Below, one piece after another: positions 19,302-29,225 of a stretch of DNA of 64,000 bases. Numbering within the stretch: the stretch's first letter is position 1; each line of letters starts with the position of its first letter. The notes beneath the pieces were generated by a model. The model did not search any database, was not told the DNA's origin, and was given only the letters and a program-made list of their open reading frames with translations. Source of the stretch: an uncultured Spirochaetota bacterium (GTDB lineage: Bacteria; Spirochaetota; Spirochaetia; SZUA-6; Fen-1364); the NCBI GenBank assembly GCA_963845535.1, contig CAWJSK010000013.1:192001-256000 (forward strand), read 5' to 3'. Both the position numbers and the translations under genes were made by a program.

Positions 19302-21260
19302 ATGGCCGGCACCATCAACCTGGAGCAAATCCAGGATTACATGAGGAGACAGTCGGAAGAGGACGCGAAAAACCGCACTCTCACGCTGGAAGCCGAAAGC
19401 GTGACGGAAGCGCTCAAGCGGGCCTCCATCGAGCTTTCCCTTCCCATCCGCGAGCTGGAATATGAAGTGCTGGACAAGGGCAGCGCCGGGACGCTCGGTG
19501 TCGGGAAAAAGCCCTGGAAAGTCCACGTCTACGAGAAGTCCCGCCCGGTGAAGACGGCCGTGGAAGCGGCCGAGGAAGAGCGTCGCAGGGCTGAGGCCGC
19601 GGTGCGGGAGCCGGAGCGTCCCCGTGATCTTCCCGGCGAGGTGTTCGTGCGCATGGGGAGCGAAGGCGCCTTCCTCAAGGTCACAAAGCCGCAAGGCAGG
19701 GGGCCGCGGGCATCCGAGGTCATGGCCTTCGAGAAGCTTTCCCTGCGCGGCGTGGCCAACTATGACACCTCGCTCGTGTCCCGGGTGGTCAAGCACGCGG
19801 ACGGTGAGTACATCCGCGTCGCGGACATCCGCTATGATCCCTCGCATGACGCAACCGTGTCCATCGAGATAACCGACGGGGAGATGAAAGCGGTCATCGT
19901 CGTGACCGAGCCTGGCCCGGGAGGGGCGGACGTCTCGGTGGACTTCCTGGAGAGCTTCCTCCAGTCCAAAGGCGTGGTCTTCGGCGTGAAGGAGGATGCG
20001 CTCCGGGAGTTCGAGTCCTCTCCGCGCTACGGACGGCCCGTGGTGGTGGCGGAGGGCGCGAAGGCGAGAGACGGGGCGGATGCCCGCATTACGTACGCCT
20101 TCAAGGGCCAGAGGGAATCGGTCAAGCTGAAAGAGCGGGACGGCAGGGTCGATTTCAAGGACATCTCCAGAGTCGAAAACGTCGTCGTAGGGCAGCTCCT
20201 TGCCAGCAAGGTCCCCGCGGAGCCGGGCCAGCCGGGACAGACCGTCACCGGAAAGCAGATCCCCGCGGAGAAGGGCAAGGACTGCGACCTTGCCGTGGGG
20301 AAGAACGTGAAGCTCTCGGAGGACGGGCTTTCAGCCCTGGCGGAGACGAACGGCCAGGTCCTTCTCCTGGGGGGCAAGGTCAACGTGGAGCCCATCTATA
20401 CGGTGGCCGGGAACGTCGACCTGCGCACGGGGAACGTCCTCTTCCTCGGCACTGTCGTGGTGCGGGGCAACGTGGAGGACGGCTTCGCCGTCAAAGCAGC
20501 CGGCAACATAGAAGTCTTCGGGAGCGTCGGGAAATGCACCCTGGACGCCGAAGGGGACATCGTCGTGCACCAGGGAATTGCCGCAAAGACGGAGGGCAAG
20601 GTGCGCTGCGGCAGGAGCCTCTACTCGAAGTTCATCGAGCATGCGCACGTGGACGCCGGGGAAAACGTCGTGGTCACCGACGGCATCGTCCACTCATTTG
20701 TCGACGCAAACAAGATGATCCTCTGCCAGGGCAAGAGGGCTCAGATCGTCGGCGGACGCCTGCGGGCGTCGGAGGAGATCAACTCGAAGATCCTGGGGTC
20801 GGTGGCGGGGACGGAGACGCTGCTCGAGGTGGGATACGACCCGCGGAGCAAGGAGAGGCTCGTCCAGCTTGAAACGACGCGGCGGGAAACGGAGAAATCC
20901 CTGGAAGAGGTCGAGCTGAACATCAAGACCCTGGAGACGCTCCAGAAGGCGCAGAGGAAGCTGCCGCCGGAGAAGGCGCAGTATCTCAGCGAGCAGAGCG
21001 AAAAACGCTCCCTGCTCCTGGGGCAGCTTGAGGAGGGGACCAGGGAAATCGCCACCATCAACACCTATCTCGCCTCCCTCAACACCATTGGAAAGATTTC
21101 CGCCTCGGAGAGGGTCTTCCCGGGCGTGAAGCTCGCAATCAAGAACGCCAGCCTGGCCGTGCGCACGGAGTTCAAGTTCGTCACTTTCTTCCTCCAGGGC
21201 GGCGAGGTGAAAGTGACCAAGTATGAAGTATTCGACGAAGAGCTGATGAAGAGACACTGA
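19302..21260 (+). CDS. FapA (DUF342) family protein with an N-terminal Jag_N-like domain
   Basis: N-terminal ALKRASIEL...LEYEVLDKG...GVGKKP, then beta-helix repeats (GNVDLRTGNVLFLGTVVVRGNVEDGFAVKAAGNIEV). Confidence 0.85.
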   Translation: MAGTINLEQIQDYMRRQSEEDAKNRTLTLEAESVTEALKRASIELSLPIRELEYEVLDKGSAGTLGVGKKPWKVHVYEKSRPVKTAVEAAEEERRRAEAAVREPERPRDLPGEVFVRMGSEGAFLKVTKPQGRGPRASEVMAFEKLSLRGVANYDTSLVSRVVKHADGEYIRVADIRYDPSHDATVSIEITDGEMKAVIVVTEPGPGGADVSVDFLESFLQSKGVVFGVKEDALREFESSPRYGRPVVVAEGAKARDGADARITYAFKGQRESVKLKERDGRVDFKDISRVENVVVGQLLASKVPAEPGQPGQTVTGKQIPAEKGKDCDLAVGKNVKLSEDGLSALAETNGQVLLLGGKVNVEPIYTVAGNVDLRTGNVLFLGTVVVRGNVEDGFAVKAAGNIEVFGSVGKCTLDAEGDIVVHQGIAAKTEGKVRCGRSLYSKFIEHAHVDAGENVVVTDGIVHSFVDANKMILCQGKRAQIVGGRLRASEEINSKILGSVAGTETLLEVGYDPRSKERLVQLETTRRETEKSLEEVELNIKTLETLQKAQRKLPPEKAQYLSEQSEKRSLLLGQLEEGTREIATINTYLASLNTIGKISASERVFPGVKLAIKNASLAVRTEFKFVTFFLQGGEVKVTKYEVFDEELMKRH

Positions 21261-21261
21261 G

Positions 21262-21588
21262 ATGCCGCTGCTGCCGATCGACCTGCAGACCCTTTTCTCC
21301 CAGACCAACCAGGTTGGCAGGGATCAGGCCGTCCAGAAGGAGGCCACGCTCCAGGCGCAGTCTCTGCAGGGGTCGCAACTGGTCCAGAAGACCGAGCAGC
21401 GGGACAACGCGGTGAACGAGACGCAGCAGCAGCAGCAGGGGCCGGAGCAGGTCAAGGCCCGCTTGCGCAGGGAAGCCGGCGGTCGACGGGAAAGAGAAAG
21501 AAAGGGAAAAACCCCGGCCAAACCCGCGCCGCGCACCGACGTCTTCCGTGATCCCGAGCTGGGCAGAAACATTGACGTGACGGGCTGA
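21262..21588 (+). CDS. Hypothetical protein (Q-rich)
   Basis: MPLLPIDLQTLFSQ... to ...DPELGRNIDVTG, tightly packed in the operon. Confidence 0.75.
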   Translation: MPLLPIDLQTLFSQTNQVGRDQAVQKEATLQAQSLQGSQLVQKTEQRDNAVNETQQQQQGPEQVKARLRREAGGRRERERKGKTPAKPAPRTDVFRDPELGRNIDVTG

Positions 21589-21592
21589 CCCC

Positions 21593-22258
21593 ATGTGGTA
21601 TACCGTTGTCATCACCCTCGTTGTCGATGTCGGCGGTCTCCTCCTCGTCTACACGCTCCTTCGGGACCGCGTGCGGCGCGCCACGAGCGCCGCGGCGCAG
21701 ATGGCTGAGCTTCGCGAAGAGGTGAGCCGGCTGGTGGTGGAGCTGAACCAGACCACGGAGCGCAACGTCGCGCTGCTGGAGGACCGGATATCCGGGCTCA
21801 GCGACTTGCTTGCCGCGGCGGACCGCAAGATCGCGTTGTTGCAGCGAGAGATCGAGAAGCATGACGTGGGGGTGAAGGTTTACAGCAAGCTCGCGGAGGG
21901 CGCGTCCAGTTCGGCAGCGCCGCAGCGCCAGGGGCCTTCGCGGGAAACGCTCCTGCGTGAGGCACTCCCGCAGGAGGCGCCTCCGCGGCAGGAGCCCCCA
22001 CGGCAGGAGCCTCGGCTTTCCGTGGAGCTGTCCGAGCGCGTTGAGGAGGGCCGGAAGCGGACGGAGCCCAGCGCGGGGGCGCCATCGCCAAAGGCGGATG
22101 TGCATCAGAAAGTCGTCATGTTGAGCCGATCGGGATTTTCCGCGCCGCTCATCGCGGCGCGCGTGGGGATGCCTTTGGGAGAAGTCGAGCTAATCATTTC
22201 CCTTGAACGCCAGAGGATGTCGCAGGCCTCGGAGCGGCAGGGAGAGGAGCCGGCGTGA
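21593..22258 (+). CDS. Membrane-anchored coiled-coil protein with a C-terminal HTH-like motif
   Basis: N-terminal TM, coiled coil, and C-terminal GFSAPLIAARVGMPLGEVELIISL. Confidence 0.75.
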   Translation: MWYTVVITLVVDVGGLLLVYTLLRDRVRRATSAAAQMAELREEVSRLVVELNQTTERNVALLEDRISGLSDLLAAADRKIALLQREIEKHDVGVKVYSKLAEGASSSAAPQRQGPSRETLLREALPQEAPPRQEPPRQEPRLSVELSERVEEGRKRTEPSAGAPSPKADVHQKVVMLSRSGFSAPLIAARVGMPLGEVELIISLERQRMSQASERQGEEPA

Positions 22259-22274
22259 CGCGTGAGGCCCGTCA

Positions 22275-22754
22275 ATGATGATGCGCTACGTGTCTTTCCT
22301 CCTCGGGGCAGGTCATTACTGCGTACCGGTGGACCAGGTGATGCAGATCGTGCGGCCCGAAGGCATCATGGAGGTGCCGCAGGCGCCGCCTTTCGTGACC
22401 GGGGTGATAAACCTTCGCGGCGACGTGGTGCCTGTCCTTGATCTGAAGCAGCGCCTCGGAATGGACTCCGAGCCGGGTGCGCAACCGCAGGCGGTGACGC
22501 AGGCGGTGACGCGCGCGGCATCACGGGCGCGGGTTGTCGTGGTCAGGTCCGGCAACCGCCTGTGCGGGCTGGAGGTAGACGACGTGCGGGAGATCGTCGC
22601 CATCGATGAATCAACGGAGGAGGCTCGCGTGCCGGACGCGCAGGGGCGGTTCGTACGGGGCGTTACGCATCGAGACGGGAGCGTCTTCCTCATCCTGGAC
22701 CTGCAGCGCATCATGAGCGCCGGCAGGGACCTCGCGGCCGCGGGACCGGCGTGA
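22275..22754 (+). CDS. cheW: Chemotaxis coupling protein CheW
   Basis: VPQAPPFVTGVINLRGDVVPVLDL motif. Confidence 0.93.
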   Translation: MMMRYVSFLLGAGHYCVPVDQVMQIVRPEGIMEVPQAPPFVTGVINLRGDVVPVLDLKQRLGMDSEPGAQPQAVTQAVTRAASRARVVVVRSGNRLCGLEVDDVREIVAIDESTEEARVPDAQGRFVRGVTHRDGSVFLILDLQRIMSAGRDLAAAGPA

Positions 22755-22755
22755 G

Positions 22756-24843
22756 ATGCTCGGCGTGACCGGCTCGGATGATGCCAGGCTCAAGCGCGCT
22801 TTCCTCGAGGAAGGCGAGGAGCTGGTCCAGAAGCTCAGCGAATCCCTGACTGCGCTGGAACGGTCACCGGACAACGACGTTGTAAACGAGATATTCCGCC
22901 TTACGCACTCCCTGAAGTCGGAGTCCGCGCTCATGGGCTACGCCTCACTGTCGCGGCTCGCGCACGCAATGGAAGACGTCCTTGGAATGATCAGAGGGGG
23001 GACGCTCGCGCTTGGAAAGGACGTTGTCGACCTGCTGGTGGCGGGCGCAGATCGTTCGGCCGTGATGATGAGCGAGATATCCCGCGAGGGACGGGAAACC
23101 GAAGCGGGGACCTCTGATCTGGTCCACGACTTGTCCGTCCTTGCGGGGAGCGGCGCGCAGGATGGCGCGGGTCTTCCGACCGCCGTTTCGGTTGCCAGTC
23201 AGGGGCCGGACGGCTCGGCCGGGGAGCCGCTTTTCGACGAGATGGAGCTTCGCAGGATGGATGAGGCAAGGGACCGCGGCGAATCCCTTGTCCGCCTGAG
23301 CGTGACGGTGGTCCCTGACGAGCCCATGAAGTTCGCGCGGGCGTTCCTCGTCTTCAGCAACCTCGAGCAGGTGGTGAATGTCATTCGGGTGGTCCCCCCG
23401 CTGGATGGGGAACCGGTGGAGGACTTCCGCTACGCGCGCACGGTCTTCTACCTCACGGCGCCGCCGGGAGACAACCTGATCACGGGAGCCTCTTGTGTGG
23501 ACCAGATTGCCCGAGCGGTGATCGAGCGAATTGACTTCCCGGGTCGTCTCGGCGAGGGAACGCAGGTCGGGGCCGCGGATTCCGCGTACGGGGGAGACTC
23601 CGGCTTCGCGCGCGGGGAATCCGCGTCCGGAAGCGAATCCACCGCGGCGAACAAGCCCGTCGAAAAAGCCTCCATCCGCGTCGACACACGCAAGCTCGAC
23701 GAGCTGTGGAGCTTTGTGGCGGAGCTGGTCCTGCACAAGGCGCACATTTCCCGCCTTTCGGACGGCGTGGCCCGAGGCATGGATGCATCCCTGATCCGGG
23801 AAGAGCTCGTGGAGTCCTCCGACTCCCTGGAAAAGCTCTCCAGCGGAATGCAGCAAGCCATGCGCGACACGCGCATGATCCCGATATCGATCATCTTCAA
23901 CAAGTTCCCGCGCCTCGTGCGTGACCTCTCGCGAAAGCTCGAAAAGCCCGTGGAGCTGACGCTCTCCGGGGAAGACACGGAGATCGACAGGAGCATCATC
24001 GAGCCGCTTTCGGATCCCCTGACGCACATCATCCGCAACTCCCTCGATCATGGGATCGAGTTTCCCGAGGAGCGCGTGCGCCTCGGAAAGCCGGAGAAAG
24101 GGAGGATCACGGTGAGCGCGCGTCGCCAGGGCGGGACCATCGTGATCGAGCTTGCGGATGACGGCAAGGGGCTGGACACCGAGCGCATCCGGAGCAAGGC
24201 CATCAGCCTCGGGATCTCCGGCGCCGCTTCCCTGGGTGAAATGCAGCTTCGTGAGCTCATTTTCCTTCCCGGGTTCAGCACACGGGACGTCGTGACGGAC
24301 GTGTCGGGCCGGGGGGTCGGCATGGACGTGGTGGCAACCCGGATCCGCAACGAGCTTCGCGGCGACGTCGAGCTTGCAAGCGAGCCGGGAAAGGGGACGA
24401 GGATCATCCTGAGGCTCCCGTTGACGCTCACCATCGTGAACTCCCTCCTCGTGGCGGACCACGAGGAGGACCACGCTCACGTCTACGCCATCCCGCTGGC
24501 GGACCTGGACAGCACTGCCAAGATCACCGCGGCCGAAATGTCCCTGGAGGAGGGTGGGGAGACCGCGCCGTGGATGGGAGAGCAGATACCCGTTCACAGC
24601 ATGGCCGGCCTCCTGGGGCGGGAACGCACGCCTCGGGAGGAGTATTTCGCGGTGGTCCTGCGTCACGGGACACGTCGCGGCTTCCTCATCGTGGACGAGC
24701 TCATCGAGGAGCGAGAGATCGTCATCAAGCCCGTCGACGACCTGGTGAATCCGTCGCGGCTGTTTTCCGGTGTCTCCATCCTCGACGACGGAAGACTTGT
24801 TTTCATGCTTGACACGTCATTCCTCAGGCGCGACTATTTTTGA
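22756..24843 (+). CDS. cheA: Chemotaxis histidine kinase CheA
   Basis: Hpt IFRLTHSLKS, a P2 domain, HIIRNSLDHGIE, DDGKG, SGRGVGMDVV and a C-terminal CheW-like domain. Confidence 0.95.
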   Translation: MLGVTGSDDARLKRAFLEEGEELVQKLSESLTALERSPDNDVVNEIFRLTHSLKSESALMGYASLSRLAHAMEDVLGMIRGGTLALGKDVVDLLVAGADRSAVMMSEISREGRETEAGTSDLVHDLSVLAGSGAQDGAGLPTAVSVASQGPDGSAGEPLFDEMELRRMDEARDRGESLVRLSVTVVPDEPMKFARAFLVFSNLEQVVNVIRVVPPLDGEPVEDFRYARTVFYLTAPPGDNLITGASCVDQIARAVIERIDFPGRLGEGTQVGAADSAYGGDSGFARGESASGSESTAANKPVEKASIRVDTRKLDELWSFVAELVLHKAHISRLSDGVARGMDASLIREELVESSDSLEKLSSGMQQAMRDTRMIPISIIFNKFPRLVRDLSRKLEKPVELTLSGEDTEIDRSIIEPLSDPLTHIIRNSLDHGIEFPEERVRLGKPEKGRITVSARRQGGTIVIELADDGKGLDTERIRSKAISLGISGAASLGEMQLRELIFLPGFSTRDVVTDVSGRGVGMDVVATRIRNELRGDVELASEPGKGTRIILRLPLTLTIVNSLLVADHEEDHAHVYAIPLADLDSTAKITAAEMSLEEGGETAPWMGEQIPVHSMAGLLGRERTPREEYFAVVLRHGTRRGFLIVDELIEEREIVIKPVDDLVNPSRLFSGVSILDDGRLVFMLDTSFLRRDYF

Positions 24844-24844
24844 C

Positions 24845-25213
24845 ATGGGAGCGACCATCCTCATCGCGGATGATCTCAGCTTCATGCGGATGATCCAGAG
24901 GGAGATCCTCACTGAGAGGGGCTACACGGTCGTCGGTGAGGCGACTGACGGGATTGACGCAGTGAACAAGTTCCAGAGCCTGAACCCTGACCTCGTTCTC
25001 CTGGACATCACCATGCCCAACATGAATGGGTTGGAGGCAATGCGCAGAATTTTCGCGATCAACCCGAAGGCGAGGGTGATCATGTGCTCGGCGCTCGGCC
25101 AGCAGAGCCTGATTGTCGAAGCCATTCGGGCGGGGGTGAAGGACTTCATCGTCAAGCCATTCAAGCCTGAACGCATCCTGTCCGCCATCGACAAGGCGCT
25201 GCGCAGCTCCTGA
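24845..25213 (+). CDS. cheY: Chemotaxis response regulator CheY
   Basis: ADD, LLDITMP, CSALGQ and KPF receiver motifs, with ATG at 24845. Confidence 0.9.
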   Translation: MGATILIADDLSFMRMIQREILTERGYTVVGEATDGIDAVNKFQSLNPDLVLLDITMPNMNGLEAMRRIFAINPKARVIMCSALGQQSLIVEAIRAGVKDFIVKPFKPERILSAIDKALRSS

Positions 25214-25222
25214 TCTCGGGAC

Positions 25223-25264
25223 AAAAAAAACGGTATGCCTGGACGTCAAGAGCATACCGTATTT
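25223..25264. terminator. Intrinsic terminator between convergent cheY and maf (U-tract on the minus strand, weak on plus)
   Basis: An A8 run, then stem ACGGTATGC (25230-38) / GCATACCGT (25252-60), then ATTT. Confidence 0.75.
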
Positions 25265-25317
25265 CGAACCGAGGAACTTGTCCTCAACAAAGAAGATCGG
25301 CCGGGCGCCCAGAACCT

Positions 25318-27264
25318 TTAGGGGAAACCGGCTTCCAGCCCGGAAAGGGCCTTGCGGATGACACGCTCCTGCCACTGCGCGGAATCCATGATCCCCTGAT
25401 AGAGATCCGCTCCGTCGGAGAGCGTCTCCTCCTGAGAGGCGTCTGCCTCACCCTTGTCCGCAATCCGATGGATCAGGGACTGCAGAAGGAACCCGACAAT
25501 GCTGCGCTGGGAGATCGAGAGCAGGCGGTTGTCGATCTCGTCAAGCTCCGCCACGAGGCGGGAGGCGGCCATTGCACCGGGCCCGCGCTCGGTTGGAGCG
25601 GCGACCGCGGTGGCTGCCGGAGACCGCGAGAGCGCGCGGCCAAGGGCTTCATTCGCCCGCAGGGCGCTCTCACAGAGCCCCTGAAGCTCCCGGAGCCCGT
25701 CCGCCAGCTCATGAAGGGCCCGGCGGAGCGCGGGCCCGCGCTCACGCGCCGTCGTCTCTTGCGCCGCGGCTCGAAGCTCCTCCGAGATCCGTCCCTGGAT
25801 TTCCGCCCGGATGGAAGGAAGGGACATGAGGGTCGATGCCGGGACGAACGGCATCCCTTCAATGGCAACGCTGTCCGCCGACAACGTGAACGTGCGAGTC
25901 TCGGGGTGAATGGTGAGCTGATTTTCGAACCACCATTTGTACAGGAGCATGCGGCGGTCTGTCTGCGTCAGGCCGCCGGAGGCGGACTGCATGGGGAAAA
26001 GCCCGATCTCCCGGAGGTAGCCGAAGGAGCTTGCCTCCAGGGGATGAAGCCGGCCGCTGGAGGCAAGCCACAGCTCTTCCGTGAAGACGCCCCTGCAGTG
26101 CGTGCGCATCTCGGGATACCCGAGGTCCAACCCCGCGGTGTAGATGGGGCTCGCGCCGAGGTGCCTCGCGAGGTCCCACGCTGCCGTGGCCACCGATCCT
26201 CCCGCCCCCAGCTTGCCTTTTTCCCCTACGGCCGCCTCCAGGGCCTCACCAAGGGGGAAGAGAGAGCTGCACAGGTAGCTCGCCTGGGCGGCGTGGCCGC
26301 GCAGCAACCGGGGATGGGTGGACGGCTCAGCGACGACAATCGGAGGGTGGGCACCAGCTCCCGGACGCTGTTGCGTCCAATCCATGAACCGGGATGCCCA
26401 GTATTGCGGGTCGACTACAACCGTGAAGTCAGGCGCCGCACCAGCCTCGACGCAGCGCTTGAGCGGAGTATTGACGGAAATGATGACGAGCCTTTCCCGC
26501 AAGGACGGAAGCTGGGGAAGGATTGCATCAAGAGAGGGTCCGCCGGCAACCACGAGAGCCGGGAGCCCCCGGCAAAGGCCCCGGAGCCGGGAAATCCCGG
26601 GAGCCTCGGCGAACAGGCGCACGTTCCGGGCGAGGTTCCTCACCCACAGCCTGCCGAAACGGTTGAGCGTGTTGAGATTGATTTCACGCCTCAGGAGCCA
26701 GGACCGCGTGATCTCATGCGTTACGCGAAACCATTCCGGGTTCGACTCCACGGCCGGGCGGAGCCGAAGAAAGGCCGGCTTTGCCAGGGGCAGCGCGGGG
26801 AGGATGGACGTAACCTCTTGCGGCCTGGATGCAACGAGAAACCACGTCCGCGCATCAGAAAGAAGGCTCCTGAGGTCGCGGGATGAAAGAGCGGCCTGGA
26901 ACATCTCCGCATCAGGCTCCAGGACGAGCATGGGGAGAGCGGGGAACTTCCGCCGCACGGCTTCCGCGAGGTATCCCAGGCCGAAGCCGGAAACGATCAC
27001 CGCGCTTGCCCCTTCATCGACTTCCCGGGCAGCCTGGCGGTCAGCTTCGGCGCGGGGGTCATGACGGCTATGGAAGGTGCGGCCGGCGCGAACGGCGGTG
27101 GGCTCACCGGATGCGGTGTCCAGGACATGCACGCTCCCGGCGCTCGAAAGGTCGACGCTGGCTTCCCGGGGGGCGGCCTCCGCCAGGAGGCGCGCAATGT
27201 CCGGATGGCGCGCGTTGAGCGCCCGGAGGTTCGCTTCCCGCGGGCTCCCTTCCCGCGGGCTCAC
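25318..27264 (-). CDS. Motility-associated factor (Maf/DUF115, MptE-like) family protein, putative flagellin glycosyltransferase
   Basis: HSRHDPRAEA, GFGLGY, AGGPSL, PDFTVVVDPQ, GGSVA and GLDLGY motifs. Lies next to the flagellar cluster. Confidence 0.82.
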   Translation of the reverse strand: MSPREGSPREANLRALNARHPDIARLLAEAAPREASVDLSSAGSVHVLDTASGEPTAVRAGRTFHSRHDPRAEADRQAAREVDEGASAVIVSGFGLGYLAEAVRRKFPALPMLVLEPDAEMFQAALSSRDLRSLLSDARTWFLVASRPQEVTSILPALPLAKPAFLRLRPAVESNPEWFRVTHEITRSWLLRREINLNTLNRFGRLWVRNLARNVRLFAEAPGISRLRGLCRGLPALVVAGGPSLDAILPQLPSLRERLVIISVNTPLKRCVEAGAAPDFTVVVDPQYWASRFMDWTQQRPGAGAHPPIVVAEPSTHPRLLRGHAAQASYLCSSLFPLGEALEAAVGEKGKLGAGGSVATAAWDLARHLGASPIYTAGLDLGYPEMRTHCRGVFTEELWLASSGRLHPLEASSFGYLREIGLFPMQSASGGLTQTDRRMLLYKWWFENQLTIHPETRTFTLSADSVAIEGMPFVPASTLMSLPSIRAEIQGRISEELRAAAQETTARERGPALRRALHELADGLRELQGLCESALRANEALGRALSRSPAATAVAAPTERGPGAMAASRLVAELDEIDNRLLSISQRSIVGFLLQSLIHRIADKGEADASQEETLSDGADLYQGIMDSAQWQERVIRKALSGLEAGFP

Positions 27265-29156
27265 TTCAGCACCAGCGTGATTTTCATTCCGCTCTGGACG
27301 GGGGCGCCTGGCTGAGGGTCCTGCTTCACGACGAATCCGCTGCCCCTGATGGAAACGGAGATGTCCGTCCGGAGGAGAAGGGGGAGAAGCAGCCTCTTCG
27401 GCGTCCCCACGAGGTCGGGCATGACCGAAGATATCTCCACCTGCCGGGGCACGGTCACGGCGACCTCCGACGGCCCTTTCACGGTCCGGGTCCCTGCGCG
27501 CGGTATCCCCATCATGTCGACGAGCGCCAGCGCGACGTCATGAAAGATGGGCGCGGCAATGGTGGACCCGTAGTAGCTCTGTCCCTTGGGGTTCTCCATC
27601 ACGACGTAGATGATCAGCCTCGGATCATCCGTGGGGAGAATGCCCAGAAGAGAGGCGATGAAGTCGGTGGCCGAGTAGCCGCCGGCAGCGCTTGCCACCT
27701 GGGCGGTTCCTGTCTTGGCTGAGATCCGTATCCCGGGTATGGAGACCCTGCGGGCCGTGCCTGCCGGGGAGGTGGCGGCCTCCATGAAGTCGAGCATCTC
27801 GCCTGCCACGGTGGGTGACACCACCTCCCAGAGCGGCTCCCTGCCGTACTCGCGGACGACCTTTCCCTCAGGGGAGACGATCTTCTTCACGATGAGCGGC
27901 TTCAGGAGCACGCCGCCGTTGGCGATTGCCGTGGCAGCCTGGAGCATCTGGACCGAGGACACGGATATCTCCTGGCCTATCGTAACCGTGGCCTTGGATC
28001 GGGCGGACCAGAGGGACGGCTTGCGCAGGAGCCCGGGCGTTTCCCCTAAGAGCGGAATCCCCGTGGGCCTGCCGAAGCCGTAGCGCGTCAGCATCCGGTA
28101 GAGGCTCTCGTTGTCGGTCTGATCCGATGCGTACGCGGCCCCCGAGTTGCTGGAGTATTCGATGATCTCTTTTGGCGTGAGGTTGCCGTTTTTCCCGACG
28201 TCGCCGATGTGGATGACGTCTCCGTTGGGAAGACGCCTCTCGTAGAACCCCGGCGTGAAGAAGTGGCTCTGCGGCGTTATGGCTCCCAGCTCCAGCATGG
28301 AGGAAAGGGAAAAGACCTTGAACGTGGACCCGGGCTCGAAGGACTCGGCCACGGGACGATTGACGAGCGCGTTCTTGTCGACGCGCGGGGTGTCGCTCTG
28401 GAACTCGTTGGGATCGAAGTCGGGGAGGCTCGAATACGCCAGGATCTCCCCCGAGCGCGCGTCCATCACGAGGACGGACAGCGAGTCAGCCTTGTTGGCC
28501 TCGAACGCGGCTCGGGCGATCTTCTCCACCTGGTATTCCATGTCGGAGTCGATTGTGAGGAAGACCTGGCTGCCGAACACGGTGTCGGAGTCCGTACCCA
28601 CCGGCTGCGGGGCCAGGTCGTCATTGAACGTGTATTCGATCCCGTCCCACGGAACGTTGTCCGCGCCCACGTACCCCACGACGTGCGACGCGAGCCTTCC
28701 CTGGGGGTAGAACCGTCCGAAATCGTCCTCAACTCTCACACCCGCGAGGTTGCCCTGGGATTTCAAAGCGGATATCTGCTGCGCTTCCTCCGCCGTGATG
28801 GTGCGTTTGATCACTACGTAGCCGTCGTGGCGGTTCCAGAGGTCCACGATGGCTGCCGGGTCCATGCCCAGCACGTGCGCCAGGAGTGAGGCGCTTTCCT
28901 GGGCGTTGGTCAGCCCGGGGACCCAGGCTGAGACGCGACGCTGGCGCGTGGTTACGGCCAGGATCTTGCCGTTGCGGTCAAGGATGGCGCCTCTTTCCAC
29001 CTGGGGCATGACGAGGGTGTCGGTGCCTTCGCGGGCGGGGACGAGGACGGTCAGGCGGACCAGCTGGACAAGAAGGGCGATGGCGGCGAGCCCGAGCACG
29101 CCCGCGTAGATGAAGAGTCGCCGTGTCGAGCGAGTCTTCTCCCGGCGATCGGTCAC
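27261..29156 (-). CDS. Class B penicillin-binding protein (FtsI/PBP3-like) with a C-terminal PASTA domain
   Basis: GTG start at 29156 after GGAGGGG. N-terminal TM, RGAILDRNG, SxxK (STFK), SSN, KTG and MPDLVG. Confidence 0.9.
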   Translation of the reverse strand: MTDRREKTRSTRRLFIYAGVLGLAAIALLVQLVRLTVLVPAREGTDTLVMPQVERGAILDRNGKILAVTTRQRRVSAWVPGLTNAQESASLLAHVLGMDPAAIVDLWNRHDGYVVIKRTITAEEAQQISALKSQGNLAGVRVEDDFGRFYPQGRLASHVVGYVGADNVPWDGIEYTFNDDLAPQPVGTDSDTVFGSQVFLTIDSDMEYQVEKIARAAFEANKADSLSVLVMDARSGEILAYSSLPDFDPNEFQSDTPRVDKNALVNRPVAESFEPGSTFKVFSLSSMLELGAITPQSHFFTPGFYERRLPNGDVIHIGDVGKNGNLTPKEIIEYSSNSGAAYASDQTDNESLYRMLTRYGFGRPTGIPLLGETPGLLRKPSLWSARSKATVTIGQEISVSSVQMLQAATAIANGGVLLKPLIVKKIVSPEGKVVREYGREPLWEVVSPTVAGEMLDFMEAATSPAGTARRVSIPGIRISAKTGTAQVASAAGGYSATDFIASLLGILPTDDPRLIIYVVMENPKGQSYYGSTIAAPIFHDVALALVDMMGIPRAGTRTVKGPSEVAVTVPRQVEISSVMPDLVGTPKRLLLPLLLRTDISVSIRGSGFVVKQDPQPGAPVQSGMKITLVLK

Positions 29157-29178
29157 AGGCGGATCCCCTCCCACGAAC

Positions 29179-29207
29179 ATTGTAATATGGGGCGAAACAA
29201 ATGTCGA
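29179..29207 (-). promoter_or_regulatory. Putative sigma70 promoter of the PBP-maf unit
   Basis: TCGACA-N17-TACAAT on the minus strand. Confidence 0.55.
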
Positions 29208-29225
29208 TATGTTGATAGAGCGCGT

